DNA from: Trichoplax adhaerens
Taxonomy: Eukaryota > Animalia > Placozoa
Length of the DNA: 64,000 nt
Direction of reading: 5' to 3'
Assembly (NCBI RefSeq): GCF_000150275.1
Contig: NW_002060948.1
Location: 5,006,336 to 5,070,335 of the forward strand
A model generated the notes under the pieces. The model had not been told where the DNA came from, searched no databases, and worked only from the letters and a program-made list of their open reading frames with translations. Position numbers and translations under genes: made by a program. Positions 1-13,472 of the stretch are shown here, piece by piece (within the stretch, counting starts at the first letter, position 1; the number at the start of each line of letters is the position of its first letter).

Positions 1-1250
1 TCCTTCCTTAGTTCTTTTGAGCATAGTAACTGCTATGATAGAGGTATTTCTAGAAGTTACAATGACCATTAGTGAAAGATTTTACACCATAGCCTTGTGT
101 TAAGAAAAAATTAGTGCATTCTGAAATATCCTATAGCATAATAATATTTATATCATCATTTTCATTTCCAATGTAGCAAATGAATTTAACCTATAATATC
201 TTATAAGGCTTAAATAACATCAAATCTATCTTCTATAAGCTCGTCATGATGCTAGATCACCATCAAAGTTTGCTTTATTACACTGATTGTTAAATAGTTG
301 ATCATTAGGCTTTCAGGCCAGTTCAACGGCAGCCTTTGCATTCTTAAATTTTTTAGGTTATATACGGTAGCTAATGTATAACTTTAGAGATATGAAATGA
401 GTTACCGTATGTTTGTTGTATCAGAGCGTATACTTATGATTCTATAAATGATTGAATAAGGCGCCCTAAAGTAATGAGTAGTCTTTGCAATTTCGATATA
501 TGAAATGCATCATCCTCGTACTACGTGTGACTATAATTTTATTGATTATTTACACCAGTAACGGAGCATTAGAATATCGAAGCTTACAGTAATATATAAA
601 GTACACAATAAAGCGAGCTTGATGTTTCATCGCTTACGATTAAGAAGTTAGATGTTTAAAATTGTGTCTGCTATGTAACTTGAGTGAAAATGCTTTTAGT
701 TGTCACGGAGGGCCAACCTTGATAAGTACGGTAGTTTTCAAGATCGAGGAATACCAACATATTTCTACCGGTAATTTGGTCACAGAATTTTATATTATGG
801 CCAATCATACGAATTAACCAAACCTGCCGATAGCTTATACATATTGACACGATACCTATTGGTGACAGACCTATAAGGTGTAAGCTGTAGTCGTTAAGAC
901 TCAAGAACATGATCCATTCTCAGTTCTTTCGCGTACGATAACTCTATTATAGCGATATGGCTATATAACTACTGTACAATCATTCATTACGATAGATGGA
1001 ATTACAATTTCACTTCAAAGCTGCTAATGGATTCAAGATGAACAATTTTTATTATAAATACCCTGATAAAAGATTTAAATAATATGTAAGTTACTTCCTA
1101 TGAGTGACTACGTTAGCTTCATAAAATACTGTATCTAATAAGCCTCCAATAATGATGAACCTGCCTAGATCGCGATATATAGTTCAGGAGAGGATGGTGA
1201 TTGAGAAAAATATCTAAACTAAAAACGGTCTCTAAACGCAATATGTTCAA

Positions 1251-1728
1251 TAACCCTTCTAACATAAGGGGATGAAAGTATTTAATTATCCTATCTTATT
1301 CAAAAGTAAATCAATCCGCGCAAAATAACAGCCCAAGTTTCGATTAAGTTTTATGTATATATAGTGCAGTCCCAAATATAGCTTAGATTATCACAGCATA
1401 ATGTGTTTTATAACCCTTTTAGCGTAATGGAATGAAAAGGTATTCAATCTAATCTAAAAGTAATCTAATTCTGATAAGATATAAGCGCAAGTCTAGAATA
1501 AGTTTTATACATAATTTACTCAATAGCCCCTCTAACATAAGGGAATGAAAAGTACTCAATCTAACCTAAAAGTAATCTAATTCTCGCAGAATAATAGTTC
1601 AAGTCTAGATTAAGTTTTATACGTAATTTATTCGATAATCCTTCTAATATTAGGGAATAAAAGTATTCAATCTAGTGGAAAAGGAATTTAATTCTTATAA
1701 AATAATAGCAAAGTCTAGATTAAATTTT
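1251..1728. repeat. Degenerate tandem repeat, ~113 bp unit, ~4 copies
   Basis: Units like taacccttctaacataaggg.atgaaa.gta.tcaatcta...caagtctagattaagttttat start near 1251, 1411, 1524 and 1636. Confidence 0.8.
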
Positions 1729-2525
1729 AGAAAGGACCTTGATTACCGTACTTTAGAATACTGATAGTTAAATAATTAATTAACCTTGCGTGTACTATCA
1801 ACGAGGATCCAAAGTGTTCTAAACCCAAAAGAATCACAGGCTCTTGTCTGTAGTTCCGAAATATATTTTATTAGGTCTATTTACACAATCAATTCACCTA
1901 TAATCACACCTGAATCATCAATAGCATCCTGACCCTTTCCTTAGATAATTAATCAGTATATCTTAACGTAAGAATCTATCCACTCGAGACTTTAATATTC
2001 TATCATTCATGTCCATTACATTATAGTATTCACATGATAAAGAACTAACGATGATTATAATCACATAGTAGAACCAAGAAAATGAAACTCGACGATCGCT
2101 TTCCTTAATCATGATCTGGTATCAGCTTCATACTGTGTATGAGTAAAGTTGAAGCTGTGATGAAATACTCAATTGATTCCTTGACAGAATGAGCATAACT
2201 TGATGACAAGGTGCTAAGCAAAGGAGATGAGATTAAAATTGATTGTATGCCATTATCGTAGAGTATTTGGGTGATATCATCCGATTTCTATAACACACTA
2301 TATCTGTAGTACGTATACTGGAGTTACTACCAAAGAAATAAAAGGACATAATCAAGCAATATGGATTACTATTTTGTAATATTAAAGCCATAACTCTATA
2401 ATGGGTGTTATAATCTTTAGCACTTTACGCCTTAAAATGTTGAAAAATAGATTTGAAATCGCCACTTTTTGAACTTATTATCTTCGTCAAGGCAATTTCC
2501 ACTTCCAGCCCTGCCAATTAGAATG

Positions 2526-4259
2526 CTAATTAGTAGAAGCCAATAACTCCTTGCATATTTTACATTGAGTTAAATTTAGGGCAATTAAACGATCAGGACC
2601 AAATTCGACAGCAGGATCTGCTCCTATACTTAATAAACATTGAATCCAGTGCGGGTTATTACTTTCAGCAGCCATATGCAGCAAAGTCTTGCCATCAACA
2701 GTACGGACTTTATTGACGGCTATGGCATCACTTTTGGCATCAATAATTGCTTGCAAGTAGCATGTAGTAACTTGATTATAGCGATTTTGTAATTGTAAAT
2801 CATTCCATATTGGTCGGCAGCGAGTAAAGACAACATAACTGAAAAGTGAATCATAATTTCCTTGGATAGTATCGGATCCATTGGCACTAACAATGACTTG
2901 GATCAGATGATAAAAGGGTAAATTTTGGGCGATGTTTTCAGCACAAAATGGCCGATAATTTAGCATAGTAAATAAGGAAATCATACTTTCTACATCTTCA
3001 AAGTCATACATGGTTGATTTATACCGCTTTAGATAAGGTAATAGTCTAATTATTTCTTCTAGTTGATTGCGATGATAAGGTGCACCATATTGTAGTAACT
3101 GAATCGGGATGATATTGAGAGAAAGTCGAAGTATTTCTTGCAATTGAATAAACAAGCTATTTTCCACTTGATCTGATAATGGAGGATGAAGAGATTCAAT
3201 AGATTGTAAGCATTGGATATCTCCATCGACGATTGCTTGGATCATTGCTTCTTCCAACATATGATANNNNNNNNNNNNNNNNNNNNNNNNNNNNNNNNNN
3301 NNNNNNNNNNNNNNNNNNNNNNNNNNNNNNNNNNNNNNNNNNNNNNNNNNNNNNNNNNNNNNNNNNNNNNNNNNNNNNNNNNNNNNNNNNNNNNNNNNNN
3401 NNNNNNNNNNNNNNNNNNNNNNNNNNNNNNNNNNNNNNNNNNNNNNNNNNNNNNNNNNNNNNNNNNNNNNNNNNNNNNNNNNNNNNNNNNNNNNNNNNNN
3501 NNNNNNNNNNNNNNNNNNNNNNNNNNNNNNNNNNNNNNNNNNNNNNNNNNNNNNNNNNNNNNNNNNNNNNNNNNNNNNNNNNNTGAGTAGAAAAATAACA
3601 AATCTTTCTTCAATCCAATAAGCTGGTCCTCGGCGTATCCATTGGAAAACACAAGGACCACATAATCGACAACCGTCGTCGAGTAGCATACGAATAAAAT
3701 GGTAATGGCCATTATCAGCAGCAACAACAATTGGTAAAATAGTGTGGCTATAGTGACTTTGAAATCGTTTCTTGATCGATTGTTGATCTAGCGAAGACGC
3801 CATTAATTGTAAGACATTTCTACCTAAAACTTCTAGACCAAATCGTGCAGCGTAGGAAAGAATAATATCGAAATAATGAACAACATCACCATGGCGATCG
3901 CGCCGTATTCGACTAGCATAGTAAGAATAATTAAACTTAGGCTTTTCTTTCATACATGTTTTGACCGTTGAATGTAAATTACCAATATGGCAGTGGTCTA
4001 CAATCATTTTTCTAGGGCCAAGATAAATTCGTTTATAAAATTGACGATAATTTTCCTTTGATTGCAGCCTTGCTGCCGTTGTTAATTCTTGACTAACGAT
4101 TAATTTCCATAATAAATTACTTTTACTATCATTTTTATCGTCGCCATCATGAATAACGCTATTATAGTAATGGCAAACGGTTGATATCGTGGCTAATTCC
4201 CAACCTTTTAAATAGCCAAATATTCTGGCTAGGAGATCTTTAGGTAAAATTTCACTCAT
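2526..4259 (-). CDS. F-box and ankyrin-repeat protein (interrupted by assembly gap)
   Basis: First ATG at 4259 gives MSEILPKDLLARIFGYLKGWELATISTVCHYYNSV..LLWK (F-box pattern). Ankyrin-like repeats LPIVVAADNGHYHFIRMLLDDG and DGKTLLHMAAESNNPHWIQCLLSIGADP. No introns visible in sequenced parts; continuity across the N gap is unproven. Confidence 0.75.
   Translation of the reverse strand: MSEILPKDLLARIFGYLKGWELATISTVCHYYNSVIHDGDDKNDSKSNLLWKLIVSQELTTAARLQSKENYRQFYKRIYLGPRKMIVDHCHIGNLHSTVKTCMKEKPKFNYSYYASRIRRDRHGDVVHYFDIILSYAARFGLEVLGRNVLQLMASSLDQQSIKKRFQSHYSHTILPIVVAADNGHYHFIRMLLDDGCRLCGPCVFQWIRRGPAYWIEERFVIFLLXXXXXXXXXXXXXXXXXXXXXXXXXXXXXXXXXXXXXXXXXXXXXXXXXXXXXXXXXXXXXXXXXXXXXXXXXXXXXXXXXXXXXXXXXXXXXXXXXXXXXXXXXXYHMLEEAMIQAIVDGDIQCLQSIESLHPPLSDQVENSLFIQLQEILRLSLNIIPIQLLQYGAPYHRNQLEEIIRLLPYLKRYKSTMYDFEDVESMISLFTMLNYRPFCAENIAQNLPFYHLIQVIVSANGSDTIQGNYDSLFSYVVFTRCRPIWNDLQLQNRYNQVTTCYLQAIIDAKSDAIAVNKVRTVDGKTLLHMAAESNNPHWIQCLLSIGADPAVEFGPDRLIALNLTQCKICKELLASTN
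3267..3583. other. Assembly gap (317 N)
   Basis: Run of n characters. Confidence 1.
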
Positions 4260-4554
4260 AGTCGCCAATTAACCTGATTATATGGTAGAATAGAAGGAAG
4301 ATCTGGAATGATTTCTGGTTTTATTGACTTTGGATAACAATAGTTTGGGAGGAAAGTTTCTTCTCTTATTGTTACCTTATAAATAATTCATTGTCATGAC
4401 TGTCAGAAGAACTGATCTTTAAGTAAAGAAGGAATAGTTTTTCACTTCAATGCGACAAAAGGCCATTGATTTTATTCGAATGCTCCGATGGAACTACGCC
4501 TGAGTTATAGATTTAAAGCTACATGCAGACGAAAGAGTTTTGAATTCAATTCAT

Positions 4555-4932
4555 CTTTATTCTAATGCCATTCTCTCTATTAAGCTGAAAGATATTCGAA
4601 AAGTAAAATCAGTGTTGCTGTACGATGGAAATAGCCTAAATGATTTAATCCGACTTTACTCTAATATCGTTCACTCCATTAAATTGAAAGATACTCGAGT
4701 AGCAAAATCACTGCTATGATGCCGATAGCCTAAATTATTTAATCCAACTTTACTTCAATATTACTCATTTTCATTAAATTGAAAGCTACTCAAATGGTAA
4801 AAATCAGTAATATGATGGAAACAGCGAAAATGATTTAATCCGACTTTACTCTAATATCATTCTCTCTATTAAATTGAAAGATACTCGTATAGCATAATCA
4901 GTATTACGATGGAAATAGGCAGAATGATTTAG
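4555..4932. repeat. Degenerate tandem repeat, ~95 bp unit, 4 copies
   Basis: cttta(c/t)tctaat...ttaaattgaaagatactcg...gatggaaatag..aaatgatttaatcc units start near 4555, 4654, 4748 and 4844; about 300 bp upstream of the F-box gene. Confidence 0.8.
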
Positions 4933-7900
4933 TCTGCAATATAATTACGTGTACTATTTAACCATTTTATTTAAAGTTCTCTAAGTTAGAAAAACTTTAT
5001 GTTCATACAAAGCATCATGCAAGAGAGTTCAAATCTATCATTTTTTCTTAACACTATTGTTGATGCTATCATAAAATATTTGTAAAGCTAAAGTTGAATG
5101 ACAAGATTCAGTTTGTAAAGATGATTTACTTCACAAATTCTTTGTTGTTCAACAAATAATAAATGTTGTCAACGATTGAAAATATTCGTAAGGCAAGATT
5201 CCTCAATGACACAGGACTGTTGTAAATTAATGGATTGTCTAAAACTTTTGTCTTCGAAATTATTATTCATTTTCCTATGCTAGCCTAGACGATTATAGTC
5301 ATATCCAATTATTTATTGATTATATTATTCAATTATTTCTAAGCATCTCTAGCTACTATGTACTATGCAATAACTCTAAGCCGTCTGTCGCAATATTGTT
5401 CTTTATATACAGTCAAAATAAAATAACTTTAGCATTCTCTTGCACCCTTGAAGCGTTTTCACAGCTTATTTTAATGATTACTACTCTAAAATGAGAATTA
5501 ATCGTTACAATATCGCTCTTATATGGATTACTACTGCGTACCATGATATAGGATTGCTTGAAATAGCGTTAAGAAGAAACCTTTCAAATTAATCACTAGT
5601 GTTAATGGCTTCTAATATCATGGCTGCAGCAAGTTTTATACTTTATAACTTTGGCCATCTCTGCATCGAACTGTGATGAGGCAAATGCAAAAATTTCTAT
5701 TTATTCATGTACATCACTTTAGCCTTTATAGTTATCATAAATTTATAATTTATTCTTGTGCCAGATACTGATCTAATAGAAATACCGGCTTAAATAGATT
5801 TAAAAGGAATTGAGTCAAAAGTAGCGCGAAAATAAACAAATTCATTTAAATGTAATAAGTATTATAAAAAGGTACGATTATACCCTAGTTCTTAAGGGCT
5901 GCATTCATGCTTCTTTATCCGCGAGTAAAAAAATATAGAGTAGTTGTAGACTAGAAATTAAGATTTGAAGGGAATTAAAACCTGTTCATTTGTATTAATT
6001 TATTTTTCTTAATTTCAATCTGGTACAGTATAGTAATAACCCTTTTAAGGTCAGGACTCTCTGCCCAAAATCTCACGACAGTAGCAGTCCTGGCTTGATA
6101 TAATTATGAATCCATCGGTTAAAATCGTCATCTAGAAATAGAGTATAATTATAATAGATTCAAAATCATATCACTAGCCACTCACATATGCAAACTTTCA
6201 TCTATTAGAACACATAGACTGTATTTATTAAATCCTTAAAGACAATCGTGCTTTCCTTTGATTAAGAAACTATCGTTCTTGGGTATTTACACCAATGAAA
6301 GGTAAATTGCATTTTAGAATGGGTTCAATATATACTCTATGTGTATGTTATATAATAAAGAATTAAAAAATGTTTGCTAAGAAATTAAAGCTATTTTGAT
6401 AATACGTATCTGATTTCATCCATAAGTTAAGATTTAACATTCTTGAATTAGCCGTAACGTAATAAATTATACCTGACAATTAGCATCGTACAAGTCATGA
6501 TATTCGCTTACTATCATAGGGTAAGAGATAATTACGATTATCTAATCCAGTCCATATCTTACCCGCAGTCATAATCCTATAGATAATTTATATAATTTAT
6601 TAACTAATTCGAAAAGTATATTATTTGAATAACCTTATTTAAGCGAGATAGTGGCGCGAAAGAGAATATCATTACTTAGTGCACAGCTGTTGTTTAGAAT
6701 AATTGGTCATCCTTCATCTTTATTAAACTTTACATTGTGTTAATCTTCTAATCAAAGCAGACATTTAATGCCATACAAATAATTATTCGTTGTTTTTAAT
6801 AATTGAGACCGTAAGATGACAATGCACAACTGCTATTCAGTCTATGTATTGGAAATATATATTAAAACTACGGGTTTTCTACCGATAAAAATAATTTTAC
6901 GACGATAACCTGCAGACCAAAATGTAAAAATGCAAAAATTCATGACATACGATACAAATACTGGTTGATCTTTTATGATAGATTGTAAATTAATTCTTCA
7001 AGTACATAGAGCAAAAGCTATGTTCATATTAAGTCGCTCAAGTCCTATAAATAACTGTCTTTTCAATTTTAAGGATCGTGACCATTGGTGATAAATTTAG
7101 ATTAATTGCCAGTTCAGAATTATTTTCTTACTTTACTTAATAATCTTATACAAGCAAGCTGAGCCACATAAAATGATAGAATAAGCATGATTAATGCTGA
7201 TTTAGTTTTTAAAAGTATAATACTATATTTAATTTATAAATCTTTGGTAAAGCTTTTCCTTAAGATTTTATTCGATACAACTTTTATTATCGAAAAAAAA
7301 TTGACGAAGCTTTAATCTCAATGTCAATAAATTGGCAATTGAAACAGTTCTTAGAAAGTTGAGAATATATTGATTGCAATTCTGAAAGTCCTAAAGACGC
7401 TAAGAATTTTCCTTTCATTTATGACTTGTCTTTACTACAATTAGGGGAATAAACTATGGGAGATTATCGTGTGAACGCATTCGCTGCAAAGGTAATTATA
7501 ACAATTAAGAATGAACGCTTTGAGTATGCGGATGTTTACTCAGGCTATTTATTGCATTCTAGGATTAAATATTTGTTGCCTTTATTTTAAATTTAACGTG
7601 AAGGTAAAATTTTCTCTATGATAATTTGTTATCTTTGACACGATTCAATAGCCTAATTCTCTTCTCTTTATCGCCGAAACAACTGTATATTAAAGTAATC
7701 ATTAAGATCTAGTTTACGCTTTTGGAAGTTAAATGGACTGAAGCTGGGATTGAAAAGATTACTCTCTCATTCATGACTATTGTAGCTCGCTTGTTACCTA
7801 ATGACATCATTCTTACTAGTATTAGACATAGGTTTTGATTAGAAGTTATTGTAGTATCTCAAAGTAGGACATGTTGAAGTAAATTGCTAACCAGAAGGTT

Positions 7901-8985
7901 TTGATTTACAGAAATTATACTGTAGAACATAGTCGAAGCTGCTAGCATATCCGCAGACAATGTGAGCATTATGCTAAATATCCATTACGGTGCCCAACAG
8001 AAACAAATCAAGGTGTTACTACATAAATACTTGTAATAAAAAAGTGGTTATAACATGACATACTGCGTGAATTGGACAACCTTCATGTTTATATTCAAGA
8101 TTTAAATATATTTTTAGAATATATAGTACGGTTGGTTGAAAAAAAAGTATATTTCTACGAAATTTAATTAATAGCCCAACCAAATCTAAAACATAACGAG
8201 GATTATAATACGTAGGTTGCTAAAGTATGAGTTTAGCTTGCATATAATTGTATTTGATCACAGCTACAGAATATATTTTTCAAATTGTAACATATTTTTG
8301 CGTTAGTAACCTGTTATATATTTAAATAAAAAATGATATTTCGAAATTTTTAATATACACATAACCCAAAATTATAGCTAAACTAATGATGGCATAGCTA
8401 CTGTAACACCGTAAGATTGATATTGTTAGCAGTGCATTGCACTATATAGATTAAACTGTAAACAACGTAATAATTTCCTTACCCAACACAAACTTAAGTA
8501 CTCACGTATGAATAATGTAAGATATAATTAATTCTTTGGTAGTTATTACTAGTTAATGCTCATTTTGTAGTTTGCTTATATTATATGTAAATTAAATGTT
8601 TATCATACCAACGTTGGTAGAATGTAAACGCTTTCAGCATATTTTTTTATTTAACATTTTTTTCTAGTGACAGTGCAATACTTTAGAATAAACTAATGCC
8701 AAGAATGCAAACTGTGTGAATTGAAATCAAACTTATTACGATTGTTCTTCCTTTACTTAAAAATTACGCCTTTCCTGATAATTAGAATGACCAATAAGTA
8801 GGAAGATAGCCACTTATCTTAGTAGACAGGACGTACTAATGCAGACTCTATTGATTACTATCAATAACGGATGTAAATGAATATTAATATCAAGACACTA
8901 CTCAGGCAAACGATTGATCATCTTTATTTCAATTAAAAGTTGATACTTTAGCCCCAAATTTGATTTCAGTTACTAATTTAATACC

Positions 8986-11959
8986 ATGCAACAAAATCAT
9001 CCATATCTAATTATTAATGGTGAAAGCTATGTTGGTAAGGCCATCGATATACCAGCCAGTTATTGGGGAAGGAAGTGGTGCAAAGAATCGAATGTTAAGC
9101 CATCAAGCAGGATTCGCTGCGTTATTCAAAGCTTTAATCCTAGCAAAAATTCAAATTCTGAAGGTTGTTGGACAGTTCTTTCCAACGGCAGAGAGTGCAT
9201 TTTAGATTCACAAGCTTTACAGAGATTTATGGCTGAAGAACACCGTATGTTGTCAGATTATAGTGATCTTTATGAGCTTCGACAAGATGATGAAGAAATT
9301 AGTGATCTTAAAAGGTATCCCACCTATTCAATTTTGTTTGCTAATTTCTTCTGCGCGTATCATATATCAATATTATTTACTATTTTGCTATTAGTAAAGT
9401 AATAAAGGCATTCCTAATTTATACTAGTATGACCGACATATCGCCGACAATTTCAGCCAAATCGAGTCCGGAAACTATTCGTCAAGCTTTAATGACAGAA
9501 CTGTATGTATACATGCTAATTAGACTGTAAATGGTTTTAAAATTAAATAGTGTATGTAATAAATGAGACGATAGATGGCTAACCGATATTATGTCGTGAG
9601 TTATTATTGGCAATTTTGTGTGCTAAAGCACATCAAAGTAGTTGTTATTAAATCGATCTAAATTTGCTGCTAAAAGATATAATTGAATGAAATGAGTTAT
9701 TATCGATACTGGGCATATGGATGCAAATGCAAGGCTTTAAATGAATTAATTCATGTTTTACTGTATGATAGACTGTAGGTATTTATCAGACCATAAGTTA
9801 TTAGTTAGTGAATACCGGCTAAGTCGCGTTATCGCAAGACATATTGTTAGAATTTCAGATATTTGACCTGGGATAAATTGATTGAGCTTATGTGCAGTTT
9901 GGTTAGAATTCCGGTATAGGATTTACGATCTACGACAAAGTATTACATTGGCGAAATAAATTCAACACCAAGTTAGAAGTAGAGTGATCACTATCATCAT
10001 ACGGTAATTATTCCACACAAATGTCGAACTTCAAATCAAGTGGATTTTTAACGGATGATAAAATTTCTACTTGAAATGAAGAGAACATTAGTTTAACCTA
10101 TTTAACTTTATACCGTCATCTAATGGTTTGTTGCTAAAGCTTTCCACGAACGATAATAATAGCAACGCATGCTTTACATGTCAGATATTTTGTTAGAAAG
10201 AAATACATAAGCGAATGAATAAGCAGTAATTTTGGAACAATTATAATTAATTATTATTTAGGTACCGGTATAAGATTAATCAATGGGCACGTTAATAATA
10301 GCATGAAATGTGTTAAAATGTTAAATAGTTGATAGCTATGACTGAGGTTATAACGTTAGTTAAATTTGCTAGCTCTACTGCGCGATATCATCTCTATTTT
10401 CTATCCCGTTCTTAAAATCTAGATCGTGCGACTTTAATATCAGTTCAGAGGAAGAATTACTGCTAGATCGCAACAAACGATTCAAGCCGCTACCAAAATT
10501 TAATCAAAAAGAATGGACAAAGGCTATTTATCGTCGTTACCGAATAGTCAAATTCAATCGAGATCAATATGGCCCAACTATGGAAAAGCAAGCAGATTTT
10601 ACTGCACTCGATTGGTTTAACTTGTTCTTTCCTGATAAACTTTGGCAAGCTATTGCTATTCATAGCAATAGTCGCGTAGCTCAACTATTAGCTGTAGGTA
10701 AAATGAGTGAACAAGTTGTGGATTGGATACCATTAGATGTTAAAACTCTAAAAGCATTTGTTGGCATGGCTATTATAATGGGAAGTATAAAATTTCCTAG
10801 AGTGACTATGTATTGGCAACAATCTCGTAAATATTCATCACTGGGCTATTTCCCGTATGTCTTGTCAATGCGGCGATTTAGTCAAATTTTAAATAATTTA
10901 GAATTTGATTCTCCTAATAGCAAAAGTAGCAAAAATACCAATGACTCATTAGGTAAAGTTCGTCTGTTATTGGACGGAATTATTCCTTGCTTCAAGCAGC
11001 ATTACATGCCTTCTGAAGAATTAAGAATCAGTCAAGCAGCACTTCCTTATGCAGGTAATCATGCACTAGATGCTCGACGTCGTGATGGAAGATGCAATAG
11101 TTTAAATGTGCGCATTATTTCTGAAATTTCAACGGGTTATATATTCAATTTACACATTGATCGAGCTTCATCTTCTAATTCAATCAATGATGGCTACAAT
11201 CGAATCAATTGCAATCAAATTAGACAACTGACACAGGGATTACAACATAAAAATCATAAACTCTACGTTGATCATGATGTGATGACAGCAGAATTGGTCG
11301 ATCATTTATTAAATTTGGGCTTTTATGCTTGTGGATTAGCTAGAAGTGATTGTAGCGATATACCGCAGGCTTTAAAACGAACATATTCGATTAATAATAA
11401 TAATCACCATCATCAAGGTGGTAGCGTCGTTCAGTGGAGGATGCGACAGCAAACTTTAGTTTGTGCAATCGAGCAAAGTCAATCTGATCCATTATATTTT
11501 TTCTCATCCATGCATTTACCGCCAAACCGTTATGATATGATTAATGATCATATTTTGGGCCGGCAGCAGCTGGAAGAATATCGATTATATAATGATTATC
11601 AACGTTGGGAAAAATGCAAGTTGAAGAGCGTCTTGCATAGTTTGTATTACTTTTATAACGGTGGTCGATATTGTAAAAAGTGGCATCGGCGGGTTTTTTT
11701 CTACTTGATAGAATGTTCCTTAGTGAATGCATTTATTGTGGCTCAAAAATGCAGTTATAATAATCAACACCAGCAGGAAAAATCATTGGATACTGCAGAA
11801 TTTTTGGACTTTCGATCAGAGATTGCAGAAGCATTAATTGAACAATTTTTGGGTAATGAACCGCAATTTGTTGTGACTAAAGCCTCGAATTTACAAGTTA
11901 AGACGGAAGCAGAGATACTCCATCGCCATTATACATCATCGGATTATATTCATCTATAG
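8986..11959 (+). CDS. piggyBac transposase-derived (PGBD-like) protein, ~646 aa, 3 exons (8986-9314, 9428-9502, 10423-11959), probably catalytically inactive
   Basis: GT-AG introns join the three exons in frame. Exon 3 has piggyBac-family motifs (FNLFFPDKLW, W.PLDV.TLKAFVGMAIIMG, YW, LSMRRFSQILNNL.F, DSLGKVRLLLD, GYIFN, HKLYVD, KKWHRRVFFYLIECSLVNAFI). No terminal inverted repeats recognised. Confidence 0.8.
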
Positions 11960-13472
11960 CAGTGTCTTGGTGAACATCATTTCTCCCCGCCTCCCCCCCC
12001 CCCCCAAAAAAAAACACCAAATGGATGACTAGGCAAACATTGATATTAACTACTGAAATGTACGTATTTCATAATGCACCTTTGCTCCTCTCAAGTTCAT
12101 TCTTAGGAAGCATGTCCATTAGCACTGTACAGACTTGTTATATTGCTAATAGCATCGAGATTGAATTACATGCCTACGAGTAAGCTACCTATACTAACTG
12201 ATAATGCGATATCATCCTATAGTGCATGTCTTTGTTTAATATAAGCTGTAACCTATGAAATAAATTGTTACAAGAAGGCATCATTTAAGTGCTTTATTCA
12301 GTTTAATGATTGGGGATTCCTCTCCAGTATTATATATATACGCTGTCCATACTCGATTGTAGGCCATCATTGCAACAATAGCTTTATTAACGCTATACCT
12401 TGGTGCTTTATCCTGTTTGTACAGGAAAAAACTTAAACTAATTTCACTTTAACAGCTGGTTTAAATAGTTTATCAATAGAATGCATCAGTCAGTGCGGCA
12501 TCTGACCATTTTCTATTCAATGCATCTCCAGTAGGACTAAAATAAGTAATTTATATACTCAAATAGGGTGAAGAATTTTAGAGGGAGTTGCAATTCTGAG
12601 TGATACAGTAAAATGTCCCCCTCCCTTGGTCTTTGTAATCTAGCTTACTGTTCAGTAAGAACTTTATCTAATCCTACCGCTTAGCGTCGATCTGTGGCAT
12701 GTAGTAACCTTACATTTGATTCAAAATGAATGTCAAATGCTTGTACCATAGTAGACTTTGTACCATTTTGAGCAGTGGCATAGTTTGAAGGTGTTTTCAC
12801 CAGGGACTTGTGAGATAGATACAGTGATTACCAGTTTCTTGCATTTTGAATGAATATTTTTGCCCGTTTAAAATTGAGTACACTGGTTATTACAGTATCT
12901 GTCCATGCAGTACTGATATTAGCCCACCTGTAGTTGAGACCAGAAGCATGGCGAGGACTACCAAAATTTTTATTATCTTCTACGAAAGTACAAAATCAAA
13001 AAATGGTTTGGCGAATTTTCTCGGAAAGTAGACTATCAAAAAATGTTTCGTGGTCCCCGGCCATGGTTAAATGGCTTGTTTGTGGTTGTCGCAGATTTTG
13101 CGGACTCGTATTTCTATAGATAGTCAGAGACTTGTAGGACTAATACCACTAATACCATTAGTATTATTCTCATGGACTCATGGGCTACTAAAATTAGGGT
13201 AGTTTAGTAGTCCATGACAGTCAAAGCTTTTAAAAAAGGAATTTCTTTATTCACTGCAAGTCCTAGACGATAGTATACGACAAGGATGTGTAAGTGGGTT
13301 ATCTTCCATTCAATCTAGTAGTGCTATCCAATTTTATACTGTATGGATCGAAAACACATGGATTTCGGTAAAGAGGTATTCTAAAGATTTGCAATTTTGC
13401 ATACAGGTATTGTTGAAATTAATTTTGGCATGTTTGACAGTTCGCTCGCCAATATATGAAGAGTTTTTGGAA

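Noticed and set aside
1-910. Possible gene remnant on the minus strand, including ORF 671-910
   Set aside because: Frames are interrupted by stops and I recognise no family motif or consistent exon chain.
2085-2290. ~60-codon open stretch on the minus strand downstream of the F-box gene
   Set aside because: No start, no recognisable motif, no linked exons.
3213-3730. ORFs 3213-3590, 3233-3586 and 3242-3730
   Set aside because: Artefacts of translating through the N gap.
7454-8040. Possible small spliced gene (MGDYRVNAFAAK|FTLLEVKWTEAG...)
   Set aside because: Third exon cannot be joined in phase without an early stop; no recognisable homology.
8986-11959. Active piggyBac transposon
   Set aside because: Two catalytic Asp contexts lost, no Cys-rich tail, host-type introns, no TIRs seen.
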